From: Alphaproteobacteria bacterium
GTDB taxonomy: Bacteria; Pseudomonadota; Alphaproteobacteria; RF32; CAG-239
Direction of reading: 5' to 3'
Assembly (NCBI GenBank): GCA_045637985.1
Contig: JAZUAM010000011.1
Coordinates: forward strand, 2,764-66,763
DNA: 64,000 nt
The notes below the pieces were generated by a model that worked only from the letters and a program-made list of their open reading frames with translations, did no database searches and was not told the origin of the DNA. Positions 38,814 to 49,076 of this stretch are shown in pieces. The stretch's first letter is position 1. Every line of letters begins with the position of its first letter. Both the position numbers and the translations under genes were made by a program.

Positions 38814-39473
38814 CTACATATCATTATCATTTTTGGGAATGTATATAACGTTGTTATCTATTTTTACAACTCCCATTTTTATAGCTTGTTCGCATTTACC
38901 CTCTGCACAACTTTCTAATGCTGTTATTTTTTCAAATTCCGGAATATTATGAATATGTGAAAGCCCTAAAACAACCAAAAGAAATAAAATTTTTTTTCCT
39001 TTACCTATACTAGACATACTGACAACCGGTAGAAAAAGTAAATTAATACAAAACAAGTTGATATTACTCGTAAGCTCGAGATCATTGTTATACATTCGTG
39101 CAACCGATGGAAGATGATATAGCATATATGGAACAAATAAACATAAAATCCCCCATGCCACCTCTTCAATATAAACAAGCTTTTGATACTTAAATTTTAA
39201 TAAAAATAATAAAGTTGAAGTTGCTAAAAGCACGGAATAATAACGTAAGAGCTTGTATGCGTTTTTAATTTCATCACTGTAATCGTCGGGATTAATCGAA
39301 AAAAGATTAAGGTTTAATATTGTGCAAAATGCTACAAAGAACAAAATATAATAAGAAACCTTATCAAATATATTCAATAGATTAAGAAAAATATAGCGTA
39401 ACTTTTGCATATCTAATCCCTTTATAATTCCAACCGGTAAGTTAATACAACCAAAGAATATCTGACTTGTCAA
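38814..39473 (-). CDS. Hypothetical integral membrane protein
   Basis: 219 aa with about 5 transmembrane helices. The true start may be MQKLRY. Confidence 0.4.
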   Translation of the reverse strand: MTSQIFFGCINLPVGIIKGLDMQKLRYIFLNLLNIFDKVSYYILFFVAFCTILNLNLFSINPDDYSDEIKNAYKLLRYYSVLLATSTLLFLLKFKYQKLVYIEEVAWGILCLFVPYMLYHLPSVARMYNNDLELTSNINLFCINLLFLPVVSMSSIGKGKKILFLLVVLGLSHIHNIPEFEKITALESCAEGKCEQAIKMGVVKIDNNVIYIPKNDNDM

Positions 39474-39500
39474 TCAGCTATTCTTTGGTTAATATATTTT

Positions 39501-40307
39501 TTATCTTCTGCGAGCTTGCGGCGGTAATAATGAACTGCAACTATTTATGTTATTTGCAGCAAGGCCTTTTGATATGCCTATGAAATCATTTTTTAAATCC
39601 TTAAAACTATCTTGCATGATTTGTAAGTTATTACCATACTTAGGATTATTCCATTTTTTATACAAATCAATTACTTCTTTGTATAATCCAGCTGCAGCTG
39701 TCACTCCTGCAGATATGGGACCGTCAAAAGCTCCGACACAACTCACATATTGATGTTTATTTACATCAGACATGGGAAGAGGTCTTATTCTTTGATTTTC
39801 TGCTTGAGCTTGTGCTAATGAAGATCTGTTTTCATAGTTTTGGATATTATTTTGAGGATACGCCAATCTTTCACCTGCATCATAGCCTAAATTATAAATG
39901 TTTTCACCAAGTTTATCTATGCCTGCTTTTCTAATAATATTGCTCAAATTATTACTAAACTCAGCTATCGTGTTATTATTTTGTTGCTGTTGAGATGCTG
40001 TTGAAGTTTGTGGGGTAGATGGTGTGGTATTATTCATATTCTCGATATTCTGAGAAATATCAGACATCCCAAAACCATAGTTATTGCTTGAATTACCCTA
40101 AAAGTTGGTGCCGTATTGCGAATAATTTGAAGTTATACCTCGTTTTTTCAGCTGCTCCAAAAGTACATTTTCTTTTTCTTCTCGAGCAAATTGATAAGCT
40201 ACCTCGTCTTGAATTGTAAATCCGCTATGGTCAACACCATAACTGTCTGTTTGATTATTGCCGATTTGATAACCGAATTTTGACTTATATTTCGGATACA
40301 TATCCAT
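39501..40307 (-). pseudogene. Q/N/S-rich low-complexity protein interrupted by one in-frame TAG (two ORFs, 69 aa plus 188 aa, same frame)
   Basis: ORFs 40098..40307 and 39501..40067 share a frame. Only a TAG at 40098-40100 and 10 codons separate them: ...QYGTNF*GNSSNNYGFGMSDISQN... Confidence 0.5.
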
Positions 40308-40590
40308 TATTTTACTCCCATTAAAGTTGTTACAAAATTTTGCATTATCACTTTAATAAAGAGTAAAACAGCTGTCTATCCCGCACAGATTGTAAGAATC
40401 CCCTTTTGCTTTCTATGGGTGATTTTTTCTAAATTCACGATTGTTTTCTTCCGCCAGTTTTATCAATTCTTGCAATAAAAAATCCCTGCATTTGCGAGGA
40501 TATAAAAAACTTGGTATGCGGAAATTGATGAATTGTTGAACTCTATTAAAAGATGAAACAAGAACAATAAATGAGTGGCAATAATTAAAA

Positions 40591-40673
40591 TTTCGACTAT
40601 TTTAGCATTGGACGATAAATTTGTTGTATTTTCTTGACTTTTAGGTTGTTTTCGACTATTTTAATATTAGATG
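40591..40673 (+). repeat. Imperfect roughly 32-bp direct repeat (2 copies) upstream of the AAA ATPase gene
   Basis: TTCGACTATTTTAGCATTGGACGATAAATT and TTCGACTATTTTAATATTAGATGATAAATT, separated by about 20 bp. Confidence 0.5.
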
Positions 40674-40689
40674 ATAAATTAGTCGGAGT

Positions 40690-41913
40690 TTGCAAATGTA
40701 TATTCAAAGAACTATTGAAAATGCCGTAAAACGAATGAATTCTTCTTTTCCTGTTGTGTTAATTACAGGACCTAGGCAAGTTGGCAAAACAACAGTATTT
40801 AAATGTTGTGACGAGAAACGTAATTATGTTTCTTTGGATACATTGGAAAATCGTAAATTAGCTAAAGAAAATCCCGCCTTATTTTTACAACGTTTTGAAA
40901 CTCCCTTATTGATTGATGAAATCCAATATGCTCCTGAGCTTTTGTCATATATTAAAGCTATTGTAGATGAAAAAAAACAAAAGGGAATGTTTTGGATTAC
41001 AGGTTCTCAACAATTTCATTTAATGCAAAGTGTATCAGAAAGTCTTGCCGGAAGGGTAGGAATTCTTAATTTGGAAGGTTTTTCTTTACCTGAACTGTCA
41101 GGGAAACCTTTTTACGATAAATTTGCTCCTACTCTCGAATGGATTTCAGCAAGAAGTAAGGAAACCCAAAGTTTAGACTTAAAGGAGCTTTATGAGATTA
41201 TTTGGCGAGGTTCTTATCCTGCCTTGAATAATGATGAAAATGTTGACTGGGAAGACTTTTACGGTTCTTATGTTCAGACATATATAGAACGAGATATTCG
41301 TGATTTGACCGATAGTGGTGATGAAATGCAGTTTTTGGAGCTTTTAACAGCATTAGCAGCAAGAAGCGGACAATTGCTAAATTTTTCGGATGTTGCACGA
41401 GATATAGGGAAACCGGTGTCAACAATTCAACGTTGGGTTTCTATCTTACAGACATCCGGAGTGATTTATTTATTGTATCCATTTTCTAAAAATATTAGCA
41501 ATCGGATGACCAAAATGCCTAAAATATATTTTATGGATACAGGGTTAGTTTGCTATTTGACCAAATGGAGTAACCCAGAAACATTGGAAGTTGGTGCTAA
41601 AAGTGGTGAAATCTTGGAGACGTTTGTTGTTGCCGAAATATTAAAAAGCTATCTTCACAATGGAAGAAAGCCCAACATTTCTTTCTATCGTGATAAAGAT
41701 AAAAAAGAGATAGATGTTATTTTGGAAGAAAATGGAAGGGTTTATCCTATTGAAATAAAGAAAAAGACTAATCCGGATAATAAAGATATAAAAAATTTTG
41801 ATGTTTTACAAAAAGCCGGACTTCAAGTGGGAGAAGGAGCGGTTGTCTGTTTAGCTCCTACACATTTACCTTTGAGTGAAAGTGTAAATATTATACCAGT
41901 TTCTTATTTGTGA
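40690..41913 (+). CDS. AAA+ superfamily ATPase with a DUF4143-type C-terminal domain (COG1373-like)
   Basis: 407 aa. Walker A LITGPRQVGKTT, Walker B LLIDEIQ. The C-terminal domain is typical of archaeal-type ATPase/DUF4143 proteins. Confidence 0.65.
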   Translation: MQMYIQRTIENAVKRMNSSFPVVLITGPRQVGKTTVFKCCDEKRNYVSLDTLENRKLAKENPALFLQRFETPLLIDEIQYAPELLSYIKAIVDEKKQKGMFWITGSQQFHLMQSVSESLAGRVGILNLEGFSLPELSGKPFYDKFAPTLEWISARSKETQSLDLKELYEIIWRGSYPALNNDENVDWEDFYGSYVQTYIERDIRDLTDSGDEMQFLELLTALAARSGQLLNFSDVARDIGKPVSTIQRWVSILQTSGVIYLLYPFSKNISNRMTKMPKIYFMDTGLVCYLTKWSNPETLEVGAKSGEILETFVVAEILKSYLHNGRKPNISFYRDKDKKEIDVILEENGRVYPIEIKKKTNPDNKDIKNFDVLQKAGLQVGEGAVVCLAPTHLPLSESVNIIPVSYL

Positions 41914-42004
41914 TGTATAGAACATGGCATATTAACTTGCGGAGAATAATTATTATAATCTACGCAAATTTTGCGTAGATTATTGAGATTAAATAGAGGC
42001 GCTT

Positions 42005-42625
42005 ATGATTGATGCATTAAAAAAATATAATGAGGCTTTTGTACAAAACTATTCTTATGGAAATGAAAATAATGCAGATATTTTCAAATATAAAAATCGT
42101 AATTCCTCTTTGATTTTGACAGCTCCTCATTCTACACGCAGTTTTTGCAATAAAAAGGAAAAATGTGCTGATTTATATACGGGAGCTCTTGTTCAATATT
42201 TAGGTGAGCAAAATAATGTATCAACAATTATTCGAACAAAATTTACACCATACAAAGCTCTTATTTCTGATTGGATTATACAAAATAATACTCACGAACA
42301 TTATTTCTTAGATATTCACGGTTTTAATCAAAATATTGAATATGATATTTGTTTGGGCATAGGCAATTTTGAAGAGGTTAATTATCCATATTTACAGCAA
42401 ATAATTCAAATTACACAAAAATACAACTTACGAAGTGTTGTAAATCACCCTGATTATTGTGGACTAAAAGGATTAACCGGACGATATCAAAAAGTGTTTA
42501 ATTTACCTAACGTAATTCAAATAGAAATAAGGAAAGAACTAAGAGATTTCTTTAATCATTATGATAAGGTTAAAAACATAACGATACCTTTCTTAACTGA
42601 TGTTATCAATCTTTATAAAAAATAA
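42005..42625 (+). CDS. Hypothetical protein, possibly of the N-formylglutamate amidohydrolase-like fold
   Basis: 206 aa. LTAPHSTRSF and FLDIHGF resemble the PHxG / DxHS motifs of the FGase family. Weak. Confidence 0.35.
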   Translation: MIDALKKYNEAFVQNYSYGNENNADIFKYKNRNSSLILTAPHSTRSFCNKKEKCADLYTGALVQYLGEQNNVSTIIRTKFTPYKALISDWIIQNNTHEHYFLDIHGFNQNIEYDICLGIGNFEEVNYPYLQQIIQITQKYNLRSVVNHPDYCGLKGLTGRYQKVFNLPNVIQIEIRKELRDFFNHYDKVKNITIPFLTDVINLYKK

Positions 42626-42688
42626 TTTTTTGTTAAAAATTTAATAATTCAAAATAAAAATCCTCGCAAATGCGAGGAGATTAAAAAC

Positions 42689-42776
42689 TTGGTGCTCTGG
42701 AAAAGACTCGAACTTTCACGAGGATTCCCCCACAAATACCTGAAACTTGCGCGTCTACCAATTCCGCCACCAGAGC
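42689..42776 (-). tRNA. tRNA-Leu(CAG)
   Basis: 88-nt class II tRNA GCTCTGGTGGCGGAATTGGTAGACGCGCAAGTTTCAGGTATTTG...TCCAGAGCACCA. Long variable arm, anticodon CAG. Closely resembles bacterial tRNA-Leu. Confidence 0.85.
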
Positions 42777-42783
42777 AAATAGC

Positions 42784-43605
42784 CTAGATATTTATACTCA
42801 TTATTCCATAAGAATCAAGTAATAAAATACTACCTAAGACAATTCTGTAAATAACAAAAGGTGTAAATGTCGACTTTTTAAGCCACCACATAACGATATA
42901 AATTGCCATAATAGAGGATATATAGGAATAAATTACACCATCAAACATCCAATATATTTCTTGCAAATTACCTTGTTGCCAAACTTCCCATCCGGTAAGC
43001 AGAGCTGCTGCAACTATTGTCGGGATTGACAGCAACATTGAAAATTTCGCGGCTTCACGGCGTTCCAGTCCTAAAAATCGAGCAAAAGTGATTGTTACAC
43101 CTGAACGTGATGTTCCGGGAATTAATGCTAAACATTGCGCACACCCTATTACGATAGCATCTAATAACCCCATGTGTTTTATCTGACGAATAGTCATAGA
43201 ACATTTATCTGCTAAAAATAATAAGATGCCGAAACCTAATATCGTCCATCCTATCAGACGAGTGTTTCGGAGCCATTCCATCCCGTATTGTTTTAATAAA
43301 TATCCGGCTATTACCGCTGGAATGGTACCAATAACAATTAGCCAAAACAGCTTTGCACCTTCATTTTTGAATGTCGGAATAAAGTGTGTTTTGAATACCC
43401 CTTTGATAATTTCCCATATTGTCGATGAAAAATATATCATAACAGCTAAAATGGAACCGACATGAACCGCAACATCAAGCGCCAGACCTTGATCCGGAAA
43501 ATAACTAAACTTGGACAATAAAATTAAATGACCTGATGAACTTACCGGCAAAAATTCCGTTATACCTTGCAATAGAGATAAATAAAAAATTTGAATATTC
43601 GTCAT
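42784..43605 (-). CDS. uppP: Undecaprenyl-diphosphatase
   Basis: 273 aa. QGITEFLPVSSSGHL and PGTSRSG motifs of BacA/UppP. Confidence 0.9.
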   Translation of the reverse strand: MTNIQIFYLSLLQGITEFLPVSSSGHLILLSKFSYFPDQGLALDVAVHVGSILAVMIYFSSTIWEIIKGVFKTHFIPTFKNEGAKLFWLIVIGTIPAVIAGYLLKQYGMEWLRNTRLIGWTILGFGILLFLADKCSMTIRQIKHMGLLDAIVIGCAQCLALIPGTSRSGVTITFARFLGLERREAAKFSMLLSIPTIVAAALLTGWEVWQQGNLQEIYWMFDGVIYSYISSIMAIYIVMWWLKKSTFTPFVIYRIVLGSILLLDSYGIMSINI

Positions 43606-43607
43606 TA

Positions 43608-44039
43608 TTATCTTTCTTTAATACCAAATGCTGTACAAATTCTTTTTTTCAAAGCCAACGGAGATATCGGTTTTACTAAATATTCGTGTATACCTATTGA
43701 TTTAGCATCTAAAACTGTCTTTTCTTTAGTATCTACCGTAACCATAATAATCGGTAAATCTTTGTCATCCCCAATGGTACCATCTTTAATTTTTCTGGCA
43801 AGTTCCAAACCCGTTTGCTCCGGCATTTGATGGTCTAACAACACAACATTAATTTTGTAGCTTCGCAAAATTTCTGCAGCTTCTGCGGTTGTTGCCGCTT
43901 CTTTGGTATTTTTTATACCGATTTGATACAATGCTGTTTTTACAAAAGTACGCGAAAACTTATCATCATCAACCACTAAACAAGTGATCGCATCCCAGTT
44001 TATTTGTTTGTTTACTGTTTCATTCATGACAGACCTCAC
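43608..44039 (-). CDS. Single-domain response regulator (CheY-like receiver)
   Basis: 143 aa. VVDDD acidic pocket, LLDHQMP phospho-acceptor Asp, T and K positions conserved. No output domain. Confidence 0.8.
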   Translation of the reverse strand: MRSVMNETVNKQINWDAITCLVVDDDKFSRTFVKTALYQIGIKNTKEAATTAEAAEILRSYKINVVLLDHQMPEQTGLELARKIKDGTIGDDKDLPIIMVTVDTKEKTVLDAKSIGIHEYLVKPISPLALKKRICTAFGIKER

Positions 44040-44081
44040 TTTGCTTAGGTACTTTATACATCATATATTATTAAAAATTGT

Positions 44082-44915
44082 TTACAATTTTAAACATTTT
44101 TGCTGATTCTCTTCCATATCTAACAATGATTGAGGATTAAAACGTACATTTCTCAATGATGCCCCCCAATGTAGATGGGGACCGGTGACTCGCCCTGTTT
44201 TGCCAACCGTTCCTATAATATCTCCCTGCGATACTTTATCACCACGTTTTACATTCATATCTTTTAGGTGAGCGTATATTGTTTGCAGCCCAAAACCATG
44301 GTCTATAACTACAACGTTACCGGAATAAAATAAATCAGGATATGCTAAAACAATTTCTCCATCTGCCGTTGCTTTAACAGGTGTTCCTTCTTTGGCGGCA
44401 ATATCCATTCCTTGATGAGGATTTTTAGGAATATTGTTCATAATCCGTTGTCCGCCAAATTTTCCTGAAATATGTCCATTTACAGGAAGAATAAACCCTG
44501 AACGCCAATATGCATCTTTTTTTATATCTTTTAGGGATGCTCTGACAACCTTACGTTCTAACTCTATGGCTTCTAAATCAGAATCTGAGGGAGTTACTTT
44601 GCGCGGAGGGACACCTTTAATATTTTGGACATCCCATGAAGACGGAGCCACAGCAAATTGATATGAATTTTCGCCGCCCATTTCTTCGGTAATTGTTAAA
44701 TTTTGACTATTTCCTTCGTCTCGCCCAAATGCCAACAAAAAGAATCCTTCCGGCGTTGTTAACAGTTCATTATCATTAAAAATAACCTTTTTGTTTTTAC
44801 CGGATTTTCCTATTATAAATTCTCCCTGACTTACTTTACCGCAAAGTTCTACAGCTTCAGCTGAAAAGCTAATCATCAAGAAACTAAAGGTCAAATAGAG
44901 AAATTTGTTTTTCAT
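44082..44915 (-). CDS. M23-family peptidoglycan endopeptidase with a signal peptide
   Basis: 277 aa. Signal peptide. HQGMDIAA and GPHLHW motifs (HxxxD, HxH). Confidence 0.8.
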   Translation of the reverse strand: MKNKFLYLTFSFLMISFSAEAVELCGKVSQGEFIIGKSGKNKKVIFNDNELLTTPEGFFLLAFGRDEGNSQNLTITEEMGGENSYQFAVAPSSWDVQNIKGVPPRKVTPSDSDLEAIELERKVVRASLKDIKKDAYWRSGFILPVNGHISGKFGGQRIMNNIPKNPHQGMDIAAKEGTPVKATADGEIVLAYPDLFYSGNVVVIDHGFGLQTIYAHLKDMNVKRGDKVSQGDIIGTVGKTGRVTGPHLHWGASLRNVRFNPQSLLDMEENQQKCLKL

Positions 44916-46254
44916 TATTTTTATTTCCTTTTTTTGGTTGTTTGGGATTAGATGACGTTATGTCTGATATGTTTTTTGTATTGAGGCAACCGTCAATAAA
45001 TCTGATCTCTAAACTATCTGCTTGTTTGGCTTCGGCTATATTATAAATTGTTTGCCCTTTATCACTTTTAACCCAAGCAAATCCTCGCTTTAATACGGCA
45101 TCAACAGATACGGCTGATAATCTTAAGGCTAAATTGTTGAGAGCTTCTGACTTTTTTTCAACAATATTTTTAATGTAAAATGGTTTTAGTCCGCATATCT
45201 CGATTTGTCCGGATTTAGTTTTGATGAAATTGATAAAAGCATTATGTAAACGTTCTACCCTATCATCAAATTTTTGTGTTGCCTCTTGCAATATTTGTGA
45301 GAGATTAGGAATTCCTCTTGCAAGTCCTGTAAGCATATTCTGTTTTTCTGAAAAATACCTGATTACACCATTCTTTAATCTGGCATCTAAATTATTCAAA
45401 TTTGCCTGTAATTCAGATTTTACCGGAACAGCAAACTCAGCGGCACCTGTAGGAGTTGGCGCTCTTTTGTCTGCTACATAATCTATCAACATTGTATCAG
45501 TTTCATGTCCGACAGCTGAAATAATCGGAATTTGACTGGCAAAGACCGCTCTTATAACACACTCCTCGTTGAACGGCCATAAATCTTCAAGACTTCCACC
45601 ACCACGTGCTACTATCAAAACATCCGGTTTGGAATAATTTGAAATTTTATCCAAGCGGTTAAAATCACTAATCGCTTGAGCTATTTTTTCAGCTGCACCC
45701 TCTCCTTGAACGGGGGTGGGAATAAGCAAAATATGAGATGGGAATCTGTCTCGCACCCTATGAATAATATCTCTGATAACCGCTCCTGATGCAGATGTTA
45801 CAACACCTATTGTTTGAGGTAAAAAAGGAAGCGTTTTTTTGTGTATCGGATCAAATAATCCTTCTGCCGCAAAGGCTTTTTTTCTTTCTTCCAAAAGCTT
45901 TAATAGAGCGCCTGTCCCGGCTACTTCCATTGATTCAATAACTAACTGATATGATGATTTTCCTGTAAATGTGGTTATTTTACCTGTAGCAACAACCTCT
46001 AATCCATCTTCCGGTTTTATTGATAAATTTGAAGCGACACCGCGCCAAACGACAGCCGAAAGTGTGGCATTTTCGTCTTTTAAGGATAAGTACCAATGCC
46101 CTGAATCAGCTCTTTTAGCACCAAAAATTTCACCTTTAATTCGAACTTTGGCAAATGCAGTTTCGACAAATCGTTTTATTTCAAACGAAATTTCGCTGAC
46201 ACTAAACTCCGGTATATTTTGCGCTTTTTGCGATTGGGTAAATAAATCTTCCAT
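44884..46254 (-). CDS. xseA: Exodeoxyribonuclease VII large subunit
   Basis: 456 aa. N-terminal OB-fold VRIKGEIFG...HWYLSLKDENATLSAVVWRG, and an XseA catalytic domain. Confidence 0.9.
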   Translation of the reverse strand: MEDLFTQSQKAQNIPEFSVSEISFEIKRFVETAFAKVRIKGEIFGAKRADSGHWYLSLKDENATLSAVVWRGVASNLSIKPEDGLEVVATGKITTFTGKSSYQLVIESMEVAGTGALLKLLEERKKAFAAEGLFDPIHKKTLPFLPQTIGVVTSASGAVIRDIIHRVRDRFPSHILLIPTPVQGEGAAEKIAQAISDFNRLDKISNYSKPDVLIVARGGGSLEDLWPFNEECVIRAVFASQIPIISAVGHETDTMLIDYVADKRAPTPTGAAEFAVPVKSELQANLNNLDARLKNGVIRYFSEKQNMLTGLARGIPNLSQILQEATQKFDDRVERLHNAFINFIKTKSGQIEICGLKPFYIKNIVEKKSEALNNLALRLSAVSVDAVLKRGFAWVKSDKGQTIYNIAEAKQADSLEIRFIDGCLNTKNISDITSSNPKQPKKGNKNNEKQISLFDL

Positions 46255-46344
46255 CTTTTCACATTTTTATACTTTATCTTGCAATTGATTTTAAACAAAG
46301 CATCTAAAAAAGTTAAGCAAAAAATCCAATCTATGCCAAGATAT

Positions 46345-46372
46345 TAAAAAAGCCTCGACTTCTCGAGGCTTA
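46345..46372 (-). terminator. Rho-independent terminator of alaS
   Basis: AGCCTCGA-CTTC-TCGAGGCT stem. A U-run follows on the minus strand. Confidence 0.55.
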
Positions 46373-46377
46373 AAACA

Positions 46378-48996
46378 TTAAAGTGAATTTTTAATTTCGT
46401 TAATAGCTTTATCAAAACGAGAACAATCAGTTCCTCCGGTTTGAGCCATATCGGGACGACCACCGCCACCTTGAGCTCCGACAAACGGGGCTACTTTTTT
46501 AACCAAATCAACGGCAGATACTTTATCTTTGATATTATCACTTACACCGATTACCACCGAAGCCTTGCCCTCATTAGCCGAGAACAATGCAATTACGGCA
46601 TTATCGGTATATTTATCCTTCATTTCATCAACGATAGCCTTCATCTCTTTGGCTTGAATATCGCTTAATTTTTTAGCTACAAGTTTAATGCCGTTGATTT
46701 CTTCAGCTTCGTTTTGAGCTGATGCACCACCGCTGACTAGTTGCTTTTTCAACTCAAAAATCTTGGCTTCCATTTCTTTGCGTTCGATTAACAAGTTGGC
46801 AACACGTTCTTCAACATCATTAACACCTACTTTCAAAAGTTGGCTGATATTATGAACTTTATTTTCTAAATCTCGGGTATGAGAAACAGCGCCATTTCCG
46901 GTTACGCATTCAAGACGACGAACACCGGCTGCAATGGCTGAATCGGATAAAATAGAAAAGCTTCCGATATTGCCGGTATTTTTAACATGAGTACCACCGC
47001 AAAGTTCAACCGAAACACCGTCACCAACGCAAACTACACGAACTTCATCTCCATATTTTTCACCGAACAATGCCATTGCACCGGAGTTGACAGCATCTTC
47101 TTGCGACATAATTTTGGTTTGAACTTCATAACCGGAAGCTATCATTTCATTAACCCGGTCTTCTAATTGGCGCAATTCTTCAGAAGAAATTTGCTTATTA
47201 TAAGCAATATCAAAACGCATTCTTTCCGGCGCTACAAATGAACCTTTTTGTGTAACCGAAGCACCGTATTTTTCTTGTAAAGCTTTGTGCAATAAATGAG
47301 TTACGGTATGGTTTCTTTGAATAGCATCACGATTTTTGGCATCAACTTCAAAAGTTGCTGAAGTATCAACTTTAATAGAGCCTTTTATCATGCGACACAT
47401 ATGAACATGAAGTCCTTCACATTTCTTTTTAGTATCATAAACTTCAACTTCAAAATCAGCTCCCTTAATCACACCGATATCGCCGACCTGTCCGCCCATT
47501 TCGGCATAATACGGAGTTTGATTGGCAATAAGTGAAAACTCTCCTTCGCTTATTTCATTAACCAATTGACCGTTTTTCACCAAAGCAATAATTTGACCAT
47601 CAGCGCATAGTGTCGAATAGCCTAAAAATTCGCTTGAGCCATATTTGTCTTGCATTTCGAACCAAACTTTTTCAGTTCCGGCATCACCTGAACCGGCCCA
47701 ATTTTTGCGAGCTTCAGCTTTTTGAGCTTCCATAGCTTCGTTAAATGCTTTTTCATCAACACTAATGTTGCGCAACTTTAAGGCATCTTGTGTCAAATCG
47801 AGCGGAAAACCGTAAGTATCATAAAGTTTGAAAGCAACTTTACCGTCCAAGCAATCGCCCTCGCTCATATCTTTGGTTTCATCATCAAGAAGTTTCAACC
47901 CTTTTTCCATGGTTTTGATAAAGCGCTCTTCTTCGGTTTTGATTGTTTCTGAGATTAATGTTTCGGCTTTTATCAACTCGGGATAGGCTTCGCCCATTTC
48001 CTTTTGTAATGAAGGCAAAAGTTTGTAAATCATTGGTTCGTTAACGCCAAGCATATGAACATGGCGCATAGCACGACGCATAATACGACGTAAAACATAT
48101 CCACGACCTTCGTTCGACGGCAACACACCATCAGCAATCAAAAATGACATTGAGCGTAGGTGATCTGCAATTACATTGTGAGATGAAGCAAATTTGCCTT
48201 TGGGATCAGAATTTGCCATATCAGCGATTGATTTGATAAGATTTTGGAACAAATCAATTTCATAGTTAGAGTGAACTCCTTGCAAAATTGCCGATATTCT
48301 TTCCAAGCCCATGCCGGTATCAATACAGCGTTGTTTTAAGTTGATACGACTACCATCCGGCAAATCTTCAAATTCGTCAAATACTAAGTTCCAAATTTCT
48401 ATCCATCTGTCACCATCTTCTTCCGGTGTACCGGGGAGTCCGCCCCAAACTTCAGGACCATGATCATAAAAAATTTCCGAACAATAACCGCAAGGACCGG
48501 TATCCCCCATTTGCCAAAAATTGTCTTTAGTCGCTATGGGAATTATTCTATCAGACGGCAAACCTGATATTCTTTTCCAAATATCACGAGAAACTTCGTC
48601 GGTATGAAAATATGTTACTGCCAGTTTATCTTTATCAATTCCAAATTCTTTGGTAACAACTTCCCACGCAAAAGCTATGGCTTCTTCTTTAAAATAATCA
48701 CCAAATGAAAAGTTGCCCAACATTTCAAAGAATGTGTGGTGTCGAACGTCATAGCCGACAGAATCCAAATCGTTGTGTTTACCCCCTGCGCGAACTGATT
48801 TTTGGGATGTGGTCGCTCGCTTGAATGTGGCCGTTTCATTGCCTGTAAATATATTTTTAAATTGCACCATTCCTGAATTGGTAAACATCAATGTCGGATC
48901 ATTGTTTGGCACAAGAGACGAAGACGGCAAAATTTTATGGCCGTTTTTTTCAAAATATTTTAAAAAAGTGTTTCTAATTTCATTTACTGTAGTCAT
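46378..48996 (-). CDS. alaS: Alanine--tRNA ligase
   Basis: 872 aa. Class II aaRS motifs, editing-domain HxxxH...CGGTH and a C-terminal DHHA1-like region. Confidence 0.95.
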   Translation of the reverse strand: MTTVNEIRNTFLKYFEKNGHKILPSSSLVPNNDPTLMFTNSGMVQFKNIFTGNETATFKRATTSQKSVRAGGKHNDLDSVGYDVRHHTFFEMLGNFSFGDYFKEEAIAFAWEVVTKEFGIDKDKLAVTYFHTDEVSRDIWKRISGLPSDRIIPIATKDNFWQMGDTGPCGYCSEIFYDHGPEVWGGLPGTPEEDGDRWIEIWNLVFDEFEDLPDGSRINLKQRCIDTGMGLERISAILQGVHSNYEIDLFQNLIKSIADMANSDPKGKFASSHNVIADHLRSMSFLIADGVLPSNEGRGYVLRRIMRRAMRHVHMLGVNEPMIYKLLPSLQKEMGEAYPELIKAETLISETIKTEEERFIKTMEKGLKLLDDETKDMSEGDCLDGKVAFKLYDTYGFPLDLTQDALKLRNISVDEKAFNEAMEAQKAEARKNWAGSGDAGTEKVWFEMQDKYGSSEFLGYSTLCADGQIIALVKNGQLVNEISEGEFSLIANQTPYYAEMGGQVGDIGVIKGADFEVEVYDTKKKCEGLHVHMCRMIKGSIKVDTSATFEVDAKNRDAIQRNHTVTHLLHKALQEKYGASVTQKGSFVAPERMRFDIAYNKQISSEELRQLEDRVNEMIASGYEVQTKIMSQEDAVNSGAMALFGEKYGDEVRVVCVGDGVSVELCGGTHVKNTGNIGSFSILSDSAIAAGVRRLECVTGNGAVSHTRDLENKVHNISQLLKVGVNDVEERVANLLIERKEMEAKIFELKKQLVSGGASAQNEAEEINGIKLVAKKLSDIQAKEMKAIVDEMKDKYTDNAVIALFSANEGKASVVIGVSDNIKDKVSAVDLVKKVAPFVGAQGGGGRPDMAQTGGTDCSRFDKAINEIKNSL

Positions 48997-49076
48997 TTTT
49001 GCTTCCCAAAAATCTAAAATGTTAACTGATTATTGATAAAGCAAAGTTGGCTTTCTGGCAAGTATTTTTTTGCGGG

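Noticed and set aside
38749-38952. 67-aa + strand ORF
   Set aside because: It overlaps the 3' end of the minus-strand membrane-protein gene and has a low-complexity hydrophobic sequence. It is likely spurious.
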